DNA from: a virus
Virus record (IMG/VR): IMGVR_UViG_3300037755_001058
Location: 1-64,000 of that record
Reading direction: 5' to 3' (one strand)
DNA length: 64,000 bases
The notes under the pieces: model-generated
The model's database searches: none
Seen by the model: the letters and a program-made list of their open reading frames with translations, nothing else
What the model was told of the DNA's origin: nothing
Program-made: the position numbers and the translations under genes
In this document: positions 34,344 to 43,967 of the stretch, piece after piece
How the letters are laid out: each line of letters starts with the position of its first letter
How positions within the stretch are numbered: position 1 is the stretch's first letter

Positions 34344-36083
34344 GTGGCAGACGAGTATGCTCGCGAGGATGTTGCCATCATCCTCGAGAAGACGAACCTA
34401 CAAATCGGGTACATGGAGGGCGAGGTTCCTGGGTCTCCACCCCAGGAGGACCCGTTCGTCGTCGGAGCTGGTCAGATCGTCGAGCCACCGGTGAATCCTA
34501 CGCGCGCAATGCGCGCGGTCAAGTCGAACGGCCATCTTGCTGCGGTGTGTGCAGTAGTGGCGGAGGGGTGTGCCGGAGTCCGGTACGAGATGGTTCCCAG
34601 GTTCAGATCGAAGTTCGTTCCAGGGATGGAGAACTTCGACGCGGCCAGGCCGGATACGTGGCCCCCTGAGGCTCGAGAGCAACGGCGGAAGCTCCAGGTA
34701 CTCGTGCAGGCGGGCTTCATTGGAAGAGGCGCGGAGTCCATCCGGTCCGGGTTCAAGGACCAGGAGCTCGATAGGATCATCCTGGGGTGGGGTGGAGTCC
34801 AGGTCCGGCGAGAACCGACGGTGCGCGGTGGTCCATCGGTTCCGCCACCGCGAGGTCTATCACGGTTCGAGGCCTGCAACGCTCGGTTCACACATCCAGA
34901 TAGAACTGCCACCATGACACCGGTGCCGGTGGCGTTGGAAGATGGTACGATCTGGTGGGTAGAGGAACCACGATTCTTCAGGAAGCTGCGAGTGCAGCTG
35001 GCCAACGGCCGCTACACCTGGTTCAAGGAATACGGTGATTGGCGGTCGATGTCGTCTCGTACGGGCAATCGTTCTACGGGAGCAAGGCGCAAGCCTTCCA
35101 TGGTTCCTGGCCAGCCAGGAACGTACACCCCCGGACAGGTTCCGGACGGACATCCGGCTGCGATCGAGGTGATGCACTGGAGGACCTCGTTTCCAGGAGT
35201 GTACCCGTACGGATGGTCGGCGTGGCATAGCGAGATGCGAGCGGCCGATGCGGCCGATGAGCACATCGGCCTCGTTCTTCAGTACCTCAAGTCTGGATTG
35301 CACTCGCTGGTGTTGGCTGCTAGCACCAGACCGTTCGACCAGGCTGCAGCACAGGCTGCCATCCAAAAGGTCGATGAGCTCGGTCGTGGTCGGAAGGGGT
35401 TAGGTTCCTTGGTCACTCTGGCCTTGGTGCCATCAGACAGCGACGCCAGGTCGCCGGCTGCGATGTTCGACAATGGGACTGCCGATACTGGGAAGCTGGT
35501 CCTCCATGAGATCAGTACGAAGCTTCCCGATGCGCTCCTCAGCAAGGACGGCCTTCAGGAATCCACATCAGTACGGTTCAGCAACGCAGAGCGGATCCCT
35601 GGGCTGTTGCTGGGACGGTCAGAGACGTACAACTTCGCCACGGCGTCAGCAGCATGGGCGGTGGTAAACCGACTGAGGTTTGGCCCTAGTCACGAGGAGC
35701 GCGAGTCGTTCCTCGATAGGTTCCTGATCGAGATGGGGATCACCTTCTGGCGCCTGGACGTAGTCTCACCTGAATGGGATGACAAGGAGCCATTGTCTGG
35801 CATTGCCTCCGTGGCCGGTCAGTACGGTGGTATGTCGGCCAACGATGCCATGATGATGTTGAGCGATGTCCTCAACACCGAGTTCAAGCCGTCGAAGGAC
35901 TGGTGGGGCGACGTTCCATTCGCGCTCGTCAACGCCATCATCAACGCAACGGACCCTTCGGGGCTGGCCAAGCTGATGGGAGTTGATCTTCCTGAAGACT
36001 TCAAGAACGTCGTTCCGCAGGTGGCCACACTGGCTGCCATGGTAGAGGAGCGTCTTACGGCGCTCGAGGCTCAGGTTCCGTAG
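34344..36083 (+). CDS. phage portal protein
   Basis: WFKEYGD, IEVMHWR...PYG, IPGLLLGRSETYNFATA resemble PBSX-type portals; 579 aa. Confidence 0.7.
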   Translation: MADEYAREDVAIILEKTNLQIGYMEGEVPGSPPQEDPFVVGAGQIVEPPVNPTRAMRAVKSNGHLAAVCAVVAEGCAGVRYEMVPRFRSKFVPGMENFDAARPDTWPPEAREQRRKLQVLVQAGFIGRGAESIRSGFKDQELDRIILGWGGVQVRREPTVRGGPSVPPPRGLSRFEACNARFTHPDRTATMTPVPVALEDGTIWWVEEPRFFRKLRVQLANGRYTWFKEYGDWRSMSSRTGNRSTGARRKPSMVPGQPGTYTPGQVPDGHPAAIEVMHWRTSFPGVYPYGWSAWHSEMRAADAADEHIGLVLQYLKSGLHSLVLAASTRPFDQAAAQAAIQKVDELGRGRKGLGSLVTLALVPSDSDARSPAAMFDNGTADTGKLVLHEISTKLPDALLSKDGLQESTSVRFSNAERIPGLLLGRSETYNFATASAAWAVVNRLRFGPSHEERESFLDRFLIEMGITFWRLDVVSPEWDDKEPLSGIASVAGQYGGMSANDAMMMLSDVLNTEFKPSKDWWGDVPFALVNAIINATDPSGLAKLMGVDLPEDFKNVVPQVATLAAMVEERLTALEAQVP

Positions 36084-36109
36084 TCCCGAATTGAGCGGAG
36101 CTACGAGAC

Positions 36110-36138
36110 TTGATGCAACCTACCATGAGTGTTATAAC
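36110..36138 (+). promoter_or_regulatory. sigma-70-type promoter for the MTase-NDT-kinase-TS-PolA operon
   Basis: TTGATG-17 bp-TATAAC with TG extended -10. Confidence 0.65.
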
Positions 36139-36157
36139 TCTTGTGGGAGGAGCAAGG

Positions 36158-37105
36158 ATGGAAGGATTGATCTGTCTACGAACTGGACAGCTCCGCAGAG
36201 GTTCTGACGGACAGTCAGAGCCAGTCGATCCCGATGGAATCGAGCACATGTGGGTGCCCATCATCGAGGGTGAGCCAATGTTCGTTCAGAACGTGGGCTC
36301 TACCTCTAACCCGCACGACCGAACCGACGATGGAAGGTTCGACAGATCGCACCTCTCCCCAGAGAGGGCATACAGGATCGGTCGCGATTACTTGGCGCAC
36401 TGTATTCGGTACGGTTTCCCGATGAAGGTGATCAAGGAGCACTTCGGGGCTGGGGTTCGCATCCTGGAGATGGGGTGCGGGAAGGAGATCCCGTTGTTCA
36501 GGACGCTCACCTGCGACCATTCCGCCACGAAGTACTACAAGCCGAGTCAGTACTGCGGAGTCGACCTGAATCCCATCAAGTACCATCCTCGAGTGACAGG
36601 CATCGAGAGCAAGGTTCTCTCGCGCGTCAACTGCGTGACCGAACCGGAGAAGGTGCCAGATTGGACGTTCGATCTGGTCTTGTCCTTCGAGGTCGTCGAG
36701 CACATGGACAAGCCCGACGGTGACAGGTTCCTCGATGCCATGGTGACCTTCGCCAAGCGCAAGGTCGATCGTGAGGGCAAGCCAGGAATGATCCTCCTGT
36801 CGACACCCGTGAACAACGGAACCATCGCCAAGAACCACATCTACGAGTGGCGGCGCTCGGAGCTGGAACGAGCCTGGACCAGGCGTGGGTGCAGAGTGCT
36901 CGAGCAGTACGGTACGTTCAGCAACCTCAGGGACCTGTTCGCGGCTATGGACGACACCGAGATCGAGGTGTGGAATCGCATGGCGGCCTACCACAGTCCG
37001 AACACGCTGTCATGCGTGTTCAGCGCCATGCATCCTGAGGCCGCTAGGAACGTGGCCTGGAAGATCGAGGTTGGTGAGGATTCACACCCTCTGGATGGAC
37101 GATGA
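36158..37105 (+). CDS. class I SAM-dependent methyltransferase
   Basis: RILEMGCG, YCGVD, FDLVLSFEVVEHM, LLSTP; GGAGG RBS. Confidence 0.85.
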   Translation: MEGLICLRTGQLRRGSDGQSEPVDPDGIEHMWVPIIEGEPMFVQNVGSTSNPHDRTDDGRFDRSHLSPERAYRIGRDYLAHCIRYGFPMKVIKEHFGAGVRILEMGCGKEIPLFRTLTCDHSATKYYKPSQYCGVDLNPIKYHPRVTGIESKVLSRVNCVTEPEKVPDWTFDLVLSFEVVEHMDKPDGDRFLDAMVTFAKRKVDREGKPGMILLSTPVNNGTIAKNHIYEWRRSELERAWTRRGCRVLEQYGTFSNLRDLFAAMDDTEIEVWNRMAAYHSPNTLSCVFSAMHPEAARNVAWKIEVGEDSHPLDGR

Positions 37106-37317
37106 GCAAAGGTACGACGTGTCTGGCGTGCCGGCACTGTTTCATGGAGCCGGACGATGACTTCTGCTGCGGGCATCCAGATGCCGGAGAGGTGGGGACG
37201 TACGTCAAACGCGCAGCGGTGGAGGGGGGACACTGCGGCCCAGAGCGGCCGAAGTTCGAGCAGCACCCGCTCCGCACCGCCGACGGCTACATGAAGCCGA
37301 TCGAGCGTACCACATGA
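37102..37317 (+). CDS. small Cys-rich protein
   Basis: CLACRHC...CCGH...HCG; ATGA coupling. Confidence 0.6.
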   Translation: MSKGTTCLACRHCFMEPDDDFCCGHPDAGEVGTYVKRAAVEGGHCGPERPKFEQHPLRTADGYMKPIERTT

Positions 37318-37733
37318 ATTACTACCTCGCAACCAAGCTCGAACGTGCCGAAGAAGCACGCGCAGTGCACTTCAACCTGGTTTCTCTCGATGTAGGCTTC
37401 AAGTGTACCTACGACTGGACAACCCATGGTTCGGTCAAGAACACCTCCAGGATCCGTCTGGCAGAGGTTGGACTGAACGAGACCAAGGGTGTCCTCAGTG
37501 CTGACGTGGTGATCGTTCTTCTTCCTGGAGGGCGAGGCACCCACGCCGAGCTCGGAATCGCGATCGGCGCTGGCAAACGAGTGATCCTTCATTCGAAGAC
37601 CGGCAATGAGTTCGAGGTCAACGACGGGACCTGTGCGTTCTACTGGCAGCCGCTGTGCGAGAGGGTCGTGGGAGACCTAACCGCGCTCGTCAAGTACCTC
37701 GCCGAGCCGGCCGTCGGGATGATCGTCAGGTGA
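37314..37733 (+). CDS. nucleoside 2-deoxyribosyltransferase-family N-glycosidase (NDT/DNPH1/MilB-like)
   Basis: YYLA...GVLSADVVIVLLPGGRGTHAELGIA. Confidence 0.75.
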   Translation: MNYYLATKLERAEEARAVHFNLVSLDVGFKCTYDWTTHGSVKNTSRIRLAEVGLNETKGVLSADVVIVLLPGGRGTHAELGIAIGAGKRVILHSKTGNEFEVNDGTCAFYWQPLCERVVGDLTALVKYLAEPAVGMIVR

Positions 37734-38611
37734 ACCCAGTCATCATCATCGAGGGTCCGGACGGGGTGGGCAAGACCACCCTGTGCGATGCCCTCGCACA
37801 GAGGTTTTTGGGCTCGTGTACGATTGTTCATTCCGTTCACTATGGCCCACCACCCGGTGATGAACCAACCGCCCTGTACTACTGGGACGAGGTGGACAAC
37901 ATCCTGGGCCTGGCGAAGTCCGGTCCAGTGATCGTCGACAGATTCCATGTTGGTGAGATGGTCTACGGCCCGATCCTCCGGGGTGATGCTGGGATGAGCC
38001 TCGACGAGGCTTGTGTCATCGACATGCGACTGCAGGCCATCGGCGCCATGATGTGTCATTGTAGGCTATCATCCACAGACCTATCGTCCAGATTGCTGTC
38101 CAGGGACGGCGGCCTTCCGGATTCTGCTAGCGGCGCCGCGCTGGGCCACAGCGAAGCCGTTCGGGCAGCGTTCTTTGGGATGACCAACGGAGTGCTTCCG
38201 TCGTCTTGGGAGCAGCTCGATATGACCTGGTACCCAGCACAGCTGGTTCCACTGGTGGCGCTGTCGTCGATCTCCCTGAGCACATTCGGTGCGGAGGTTG
38301 GGGTCATCGGCAATGTCAGGTCTCCACAAGTGCTCATCAAGGTGCCGAACTCTGACATGGATACCCTCTCGAGGGTAGTTCGAGGTTTGAGGTTGGCGGG
38401 GATGGTACGGGTCTCTGCCATCGAATATGATGACACCGATCTGAACTACACAACCGTATCTCGATCAGTAGCCATGGGGTTGTCACTGCATCGTACCCTC
38501 ATGGAAAGGGGGTTCAAGCTCCCGTCTGTCGTGTCCACCGACGCGACTCCGGAAGATATCGCCGAGGCAGTACGAACCGCCGTGGTGGCACAGCCCAGTC
38601 CGGAAGGATAG
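37730..38611 (+). CDS. dNMP/thymidylate kinase-like P-loop kinase
   Basis: IIIEGPDGVGKTT, IVDRFHVGEMVYGPILRG. Confidence 0.85.
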   Translation: MNPVIIIEGPDGVGKTTLCDALAQRFLGSCTIVHSVHYGPPPGDEPTALYYWDEVDNILGLAKSGPVIVDRFHVGEMVYGPILRGDAGMSLDEACVIDMRLQAIGAMMCHCRLSSTDLSSRLLSRDGGLPDSASGAALGHSEAVRAAFFGMTNGVLPSSWEQLDMTWYPAQLVPLVALSSISLSTFGAEVGVIGNVRSPQVLIKVPNSDMDTLSRVVRGLRLAGMVRVSAIEYDDTDLNYTTVSRSVAMGLSLHRTLMERGFKLPSVVSTDATPEDIAEAVRTAVVAQPSPEG

Positions 38612-38631
38612 ACACATGGGTGAGGTGAACG

Positions 38632-38886
38632 ATGAAGTTCAACGAGACGGCCATCAAGGCGCTCCCGGAGCGAAACCAGAGAACGATCATGAACCTCCTC
38701 AAGGAGTTGGAGGTCTCCCCGGAGCGGGGGACCTTCGTGATCAGTCGGGAGATCCTCGACCGGATGACCCCCCGGCAGCTCAGGACGCTCAGGCTGATGC
38801 GGCGCGTCCACGACGCGATGGACGTTCCGGTGGTGACACGAGGCCGTTCATCAATCAAGCGGAAGGAGTCGACCGCGACGGAGTGA
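38632..38886 (+). CDS. hypothetical protein
   Basis: GAGGTG RBS; TGATG coupling to the TS homologue. Confidence 0.6.
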   Translation: MKFNETAIKALPERNQRTIMNLLKELEVSPERGTFVISREILDRMTPRQLRTLRLMRRVHDAMDVPVVTRGRSSIKRKESTATE

Positions 38887-39842
38887 TGTCATTCGGCTCG
38901 ATGGATGAGCTCTTCAGGTTCGCCGTCTGGAAGTGCATCGAGCATGGACGGATGACCAAGCCGAGGGGCTTTTCGGTTCTGGAGATCGCCACTCCCACCG
39001 TGCTCACCTTGCGGGACGTCCACAGGCCGTTCATCCACTCGCCTCTGCGACGGCCCAACTACCGATTCGGCCTGGTAGAGGCCGCATGGATCGCAGCCGG
39101 ATCCGATCGTCTGGCCCACCTTTCCGCCGTGAACTCGCGGATGGCACGGTTCAGCGATGATGACTCCACGATGTGGGGTGGGTATGGGCCGCGCGTGATC
39201 GGTCAACTCGACCATGTCATCGAGACACTGCGGCGGGACAACGACAGTCGCCAGGCGGTCGTGACGACATGGCGACCCATGGTTCCACCGGTGGTGGGCA
39301 AGTCTCAAGGCCCGATTCGATCGGCTGGCCTGATGGCCACAGGTTCTGAGACGGTCAGTCCTACATGGGATGGCTACTCCTGGCGATCAAAGGACGTCCC
39401 GTGCACCGTAGCATGGCACTTCCAGTTGCGGAACGGCGGACTGGCTCTGACCGTATTCATGCGGTCTAACGACGTGTGGCTGGGGTTGCCGTACGACGTG
39501 CTGAGCTTCACCACCATCCAGCGTGTGGTTGCTTCTGCACTTGGTGTGAGACTCGGTGCGTACCACCATGTGGTCAGCAACCTTCATCTGTACCAGAAGA
39601 ACTACGAGGCTGCTGTCAGTCTCATGGGGGAGACCGTCTCCAACGAGACTGTGGTGATGCCACCATTCGATGACCTGTTCCTCGGTGGCAGTAGTGATTC
39701 GATGTCGACGATCTTCAACACGACTCTCAACGGCTCTCTCATCTTGATGTCCAAGCCCGGGATGCAGCCGTTCATCTCGGCGGTGATTGGATCCGATGAA
39801 TGGGACGACTTCCGAAAGCTCATGGCTGCTAACGGAAGGTGA
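38886..39842 (+). CDS. thymidylate-synthase homologue, Asp-type (dCMP methylase/hydroxymethylase-like)
   Basis: YGPR, DSRQAV, KDVPCT, MRSNDVWLGLPYD (Asp at the EcTS N177 position), NLHLY. Confidence 0.85.
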   Translation: MSFGSMDELFRFAVWKCIEHGRMTKPRGFSVLEIATPTVLTLRDVHRPFIHSPLRRPNYRFGLVEAAWIAAGSDRLAHLSAVNSRMARFSDDDSTMWGGYGPRVIGQLDHVIETLRRDNDSRQAVVTTWRPMVPPVVGKSQGPIRSAGLMATGSETVSPTWDGYSWRSKDVPCTVAWHFQLRNGGLALTVFMRSNDVWLGLPYDVLSFTTIQRVVASALGVRLGAYHHVVSNLHLYQKNYEAAVSLMGETVSNETVVMPPFDDLFLGGSSDSMSTIFNTTLNGSLILMSKPGMQPFISAVIGSDEWDDFRKLMAANGR

Positions 39843-39854
39843 TAGGATCTCAGT

Positions 39855-42242
39855 ATGCTCGACGCCTCCTACAGGATCTGTTGGTCTATCGACTCTTGGG
39901 TATCAACCCTTCGAGAGGCTCAGGATTCGTGGATAGTTGGGTATGACTTCGAAACCTGTCCTGACAGGTTCCATGCCGACTACCACCCGAAGAAGGGTCG
40001 CGATGGCAAGCCGAGTAAGTGCATCCCCAGCGCTCTTCGTCCTGAGGATGGAGCAAGAATCGCGGGCATAGCCATTTCATGGCTCGACACCAATGACCGA
40101 ATCAGGTCCGCGTACGCCCCCATCAGGCACGATCCACGGTTCGCGGGTGGTGATCAGCTTGACCCATTGCAGGTCTGTAAGGCATTCAGCGACTTCATCG
40201 CCGACAGGCCTGCTGATAGGTATCTGGTTGTTCACAATCTCATGATGGAGCTTAGTTGTCAGCTGGCCGAGAATATCGTGTGGCCGAAGGAGGGGCAACT
40301 TCACGACATTCAGATCGCGGCCAGGGTTCTCAACCGGGGAGTAGGATTCCAGGAGCTGATCGGCCTCAAGCCACTCCAGGCCGAGGTGTTGAAGCGAGAC
40401 ATGGGGTCCAAGAACGACTTGGATCGTTGGCTGAAGGCCCATAGGTTCAAGCCTGGTCGTGACATCTGGAGAGCCCCTGCACCATTGGCCGGTTGGTACG
40501 CTCAGGATGATGCCCGTGACACTCTCGAGATCTGTCTGAAGTGGTGGAAGCTGATTCATCAGCCACCTACCAGATGGTGGTGGCACAGGGCACCAGATAG
40601 GTCTCAGCGCCTGGACCTGTACGAACTCGAGATTCGTGCGGCTATTGAAGCCACAATCTCATGCATGCGTGGGACACGGTACGATGCACCCTTCTGCCGG
40701 CGTCAAGGACGCGCGGCCGAGGTACTGCAGTCCATCGCTCGCGACTGGATCCGAGGATACCTGGGAATGCCGGCCCTCAATCCAGGAAGCCAAACCCAGC
40801 TCAGAGGTGTTCTGTTCGGAACTCGGTTCAACTTCGAAGTCTCGCTCGAGCACACGACGGAGAGCTTCAAGAAGCTACCAGAGCGTGAACAGGCATCGAC
40901 AATAGCTGGGCATGGCAAGGCACCTCTGGTGAGTTACGCCTCTCTCGATGTTGATGCCCTCAAGTACTACGAGTCCAAGTACATAGAACACGCGGACCTG
41001 CTGTTCATGCTGGCTGTGTACCGTAAGTGCTCCACAGCCATATCGTGGTTCGATGACAGGGTCCTGCAGTTCGGCGTTCGTGGATCTCCAGATCCATGGT
41101 GGAATTCAGACGCTGGTTCGTACCTGAACTTGATGTTCCATCGTCTGAGGACGGTAGGGACCGGCCCGGGCCGGATGAGCAGTTCAGACTACAACGCTCA
41201 GCAGGTGCCGAAGCGACTGAAGATGCTGCTGAACGCAGCTCGGCTATTCCGTATCCTGGAGGAGGTCATGCACCCGTCCAGGCTAAACGGAATCATGTCG
41301 ATTCTGATTAGAGTACCGTGTAAGGAGGGCGACGAGGCGAAGGTCCTTGGACTGCAGCCTGGTGACGAGGTGGTGGACTTCTCCATCAGGAGAATGTTTA
41401 TCTCCAGGCCGGAGTTCAACCTCAGGACGTTCGACCTCTCACAGGTCGAGATGCGTGGGTTTGCCCATTACACGGGTAATCGCCTACTGTGTAACGGGTA
41501 CGGGCCACCGTTGGCTAACGTCGCGGCCTTAGCAGAGTTAGACGCCGTCCAAGCTCTCATGGAGGAACGTGAGCCTGATTGGTCGAATGTCGATGTTGAA
41601 CGCCATGTTAGGATGGAGGAGAACGAGTTCGACATTCATGGATTCGTCAGTGACGAGCTGAGCATCTCACGCAAGGGTGGAAAGGGGATCAACTTTGGGC
41701 TCGTCTACGGAATGGGTGAAAAGAAGCTGGCTCGAGGTCTAGGGTGGTCACCTGGCGACGGAAAGCTGTACCTAGCCAGATACCATGCCAAGTTTCCAGA
41801 GATCAGGCAGATGCAGGGAAAGATCGTCATCGCCCTGAGGAGCAGGGGATACGTCTTCGATCCATTCGGCAGACGTTACTACCTACCGGTGGCCAGAGCG
41901 TACGTAGGCTTGAACCGCCTGATCCAAGGGTGGGCTGCCACTGCGTTCAAGGTGGGATTCGTCAGGACCTCCGAGGTGTTCAGGTCACCAGGGTTCGGTG
42001 GTGGGTCTATCGATTCTGTCACTGGACTCCGTCGTAGTGATGGAGCCAGAATCCTCACCTGTATCCATGACGAGCAGATGGGTGAGATCCACAGGTCGCT
42101 CGATAATGTCAGGACTGACTGGGTGGTCAGGTCGTGCATGACGAACCTGTTCGGATTGAACGTACCGCTAGCATCGTCATCTGAACGTTCCGACGGCCCG
42201 TGGGACAATGCTACCGGTGTCTCGGCTAAACTACCAGTATGA
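39855..42242 (+). CDS. polA: family A DNA polymerase with 3'-5' exonuclease
   Basis: YDFET, HN, YAQDDA exonuclease; TGPGRMSS, FDLSQVEMR (A), RKGGKGINFGLVYG (B), IHDE (C). Confidence 0.95.
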   Translation: MLDASYRICWSIDSWVSTLREAQDSWIVGYDFETCPDRFHADYHPKKGRDGKPSKCIPSALRPEDGARIAGIAISWLDTNDRIRSAYAPIRHDPRFAGGDQLDPLQVCKAFSDFIADRPADRYLVVHNLMMELSCQLAENIVWPKEGQLHDIQIAARVLNRGVGFQELIGLKPLQAEVLKRDMGSKNDLDRWLKAHRFKPGRDIWRAPAPLAGWYAQDDARDTLEICLKWWKLIHQPPTRWWWHRAPDRSQRLDLYELEIRAAIEATISCMRGTRYDAPFCRRQGRAAEVLQSIARDWIRGYLGMPALNPGSQTQLRGVLFGTRFNFEVSLEHTTESFKKLPEREQASTIAGHGKAPLVSYASLDVDALKYYESKYIEHADLLFMLAVYRKCSTAISWFDDRVLQFGVRGSPDPWWNSDAGSYLNLMFHRLRTVGTGPGRMSSSDYNAQQVPKRLKMLLNAARLFRILEEVMHPSRLNGIMSILIRVPCKEGDEAKVLGLQPGDEVVDFSIRRMFISRPEFNLRTFDLSQVEMRGFAHYTGNRLLCNGYGPPLANVAALAELDAVQALMEEREPDWSNVDVERHVRMEENEFDIHGFVSDELSISRKGGKGINFGLVYGMGEKKLARGLGWSPGDGKLYLARYHAKFPEIRQMQGKIVIALRSRGYVFDPFGRRYYLPVARAYVGLNRLIQGWAATAFKVGFVRTSEVFRSPGFGGGSIDSVTGLRRSDGARILTCIHDEQMGEIHRSLDNVRTDWVVRSCMTNLFGLNVPLASSSERSDGPWDNATGVSAKLPV

Positions 42243-42252
42243 GGAGGACGCA

Positions 42253-42648
42253 GTGGCAGAAGGATCTGAGGATCTGGAGCGGAACAAGGAAGGCAAGAAG
42301 TGGAAGAACGACAAGCAGAGCCGCCGCGAGAACCATGTCATCATCGAGGAGAGGACGCTGCTGACCTTGGTGAAGTCGGGTAACGTCGACATCAGGGTCG
42401 AAGTCAAGCGTCACATGACCAAGAAGAATCAGATCCCGCAGAACTTCATCGACATTCGTGAGTGGTGGTACGCTCAAGGCCCGGACGAACCGCCCGTCCC
42501 GAAGAGGGCCGGGGTGATGCTACACCGTGAGCACATGGGCCGCATCATCGAGGCCATCTTGAAAGAGTTGGCCGTAGGTGAGATCAGCGAGGAGCACCTC
42601 GAGAGCATCTCGGTCGAGATAGAGAGGATCGGTGCCACCGAACCCTGA
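42253..42648 (+). CDS. PC4/p15-like ssDNA-binding protein
   Basis: FIDIREWWY...PKRAGVML matches the PC4 signature DIR.w...P.kkGi.l. Confidence 0.7.
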   Translation: MAEGSEDLERNKEGKKWKNDKQSRRENHVIIEERTLLTLVKSGNVDIRVEVKRHMTKKNQIPQNFIDIREWWYAQGPDEPPVPKRAGVMLHREHMGRIIEAILKELAVGEISEEHLESISVEIERIGATEP

Positions 42649-43033
42649 AACCAAGATCACGGTGACCATAAGGAAGCACCTCGAGACTCGAGGTGCACAC
42701 TTCGTGAAGCTGAGCGACAGTTTCACCCGTGGAGTTCCTGACGCCCTGGTCGTTACCAACCGACCTGTCATGGTAGAATTCAAGGTCGACAGGCTTGTTG
42801 GTACCGATATGATGAGGACGTATCGATCTCTAGGGTTGTCAGGCGCTCAGGACCACCACATCAAGGCCCTGCATCGACGGTGTCTGAACTCGGCGGCTGT
42901 TGTCACCAACACCGCCCGTGAGAATCGACTTCGGGTGTGGGTCCCACTCAACCCGCACGACGAGAAAAACGAGACGTACATCTGCATCGCCGAAGGATGG
43001 AGGGAGTTCGATCTGTTCATGGGAGTCGCATGA
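42632..43033 (+). CDS. VRR-NUC/Holliday-junction resolvase-like nuclease
   Basis: E.KI..., GVPDALV, MVEFK, LSGAQ. Confidence 0.8.
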   Translation: MPPNPETKITVTIRKHLETRGAHFVKLSDSFTRGVPDALVVTNRPVMVEFKVDRLVGTDMMRTYRSLGLSGAQDHHIKALHRRCLNSAAVVTNTARENRLRVWVPLNPHDEKNETYICIAEGWREFDLFMGVA

Positions 43034-43506
43034 TGGACAGCCCACCAGACCTTAGGGTGCTGTTGGTGGAGCTCGCCCGGGAGCTCAATCGGATTCGTCC
43101 TGAATCCGTTCTGGGTGCGGAGCTGGAGCGAGTATCCACGGCCAAGAACACGTTGTTAGTGCTCAGTCGTGTTCTAACGGCCATGGCCGTTCGGGCCGGC
43201 GTATCGAAGGATGCGGTTGACAGGGCCGTGGCCAAGGCCCGTCGGGCTAACGAACCCAAGCAGGGTGACATGTTCGTTCCTGTTGTGGTCAGCCCGGTTG
43301 CTGAGACGTTGACGACTACCACGGATTGGTACATCATCGCTGAGGTTGACCTGGTGCTTCTCAAGCACCGAACGGAACTTCCAGACTGGTTCGTTAACGA
43401 TTTCTGGCCAGGCTGCATACGGCGCGCGGCTCAGGGCCTGAGGTTGACTGATCGAGAGCGAGCAATTGCCGAGTACCAAGCCAGTAAGGCCAGGGGGGAA
43501 CGGTGA
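43030..43506 (+). CDS. hypothetical protein
   Basis: ATGA coupling. Confidence 0.65.
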   Translation: MMDSPPDLRVLLVELARELNRIRPESVLGAELERVSTAKNTLLVLSRVLTAMAVRAGVSKDAVDRAVAKARRANEPKQGDMFVPVVVSPVAETLTTTTDWYIIAEVDLVLLKHRTELPDWFVNDFWPGCIRRAAQGLRLTDRERAIAEYQASKARGER

Positions 43507-43967
43507 TGAGGCCATCTTGGGACGAGTACTTCATGCACATGGCGGTGATGATCTCCACCAGATCGACGTGTGACCGTCGCAGGGTGGGGTGCGTACTGGT
43601 GTCGCCTCAGTGGAATGTGGTGAGCACCGGGTACAATGGCTCGGCTCCTGGAACTGAACACTGTGACGATACGGGTCACATCATGCACGATGGGCACTGC
43701 GTTCGTACCATCCATGCCGAACGCAACGCCATCGCCCATGCTGCCAAGCGCGGAGTGGCTACCGACAGGACTACGGCGTACATCACCACGATGCCGTGTC
43801 CCACGTGCATCACCGATCTTGTTGCAGCAGGGATCAAGTCGGTGGTCTTCCTAGAAGGCTACCACGACGAGGAGGATCAGGTCACTCGTCGCTTGGCCGC
43901 GGCGAGCGGTGTCGTGCTGTACGAATACGACGGGAGAAAGACATGGGAAAGTCCGATCGACCGGTGA
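43503..43967 (+). CDS. dCMP deaminase
   Basis: RPSWDEYFM, RSTC.RRRVG, GYNG, HAERNAI, PCPTC. Confidence 0.92.
   Translation: MMRPSWDEYFMHMAVMISTRSTCDRRRVGCVLVSPQWNVVSTGYNGSAPGTEHCDDTGHIMHDGHCVRTIHAERNAIAHAAKRGVATDRTTAYITTMPCPTCITDLVAAGIKSVVFLEGYHDEEDQVTRRLAAASGVVLYEYDGRKTWESPIDR

Noticed and set aside
36158-37105. Calling the class I MTase a CmoA carboxy-SAM synthase or an N6A/N4C DNA MTase
   Set aside because: Lacks the CmoA N-terminal F..M..RS(V/I)P.Y signature and any (D/N/S)PP(Y/F) motif.
38616-38885. N-terminal extension of the TS homologue
   Set aside because: Overlaps a better ORF (38632-38886) with its own RBS; TS homology begins at ATG 38886.
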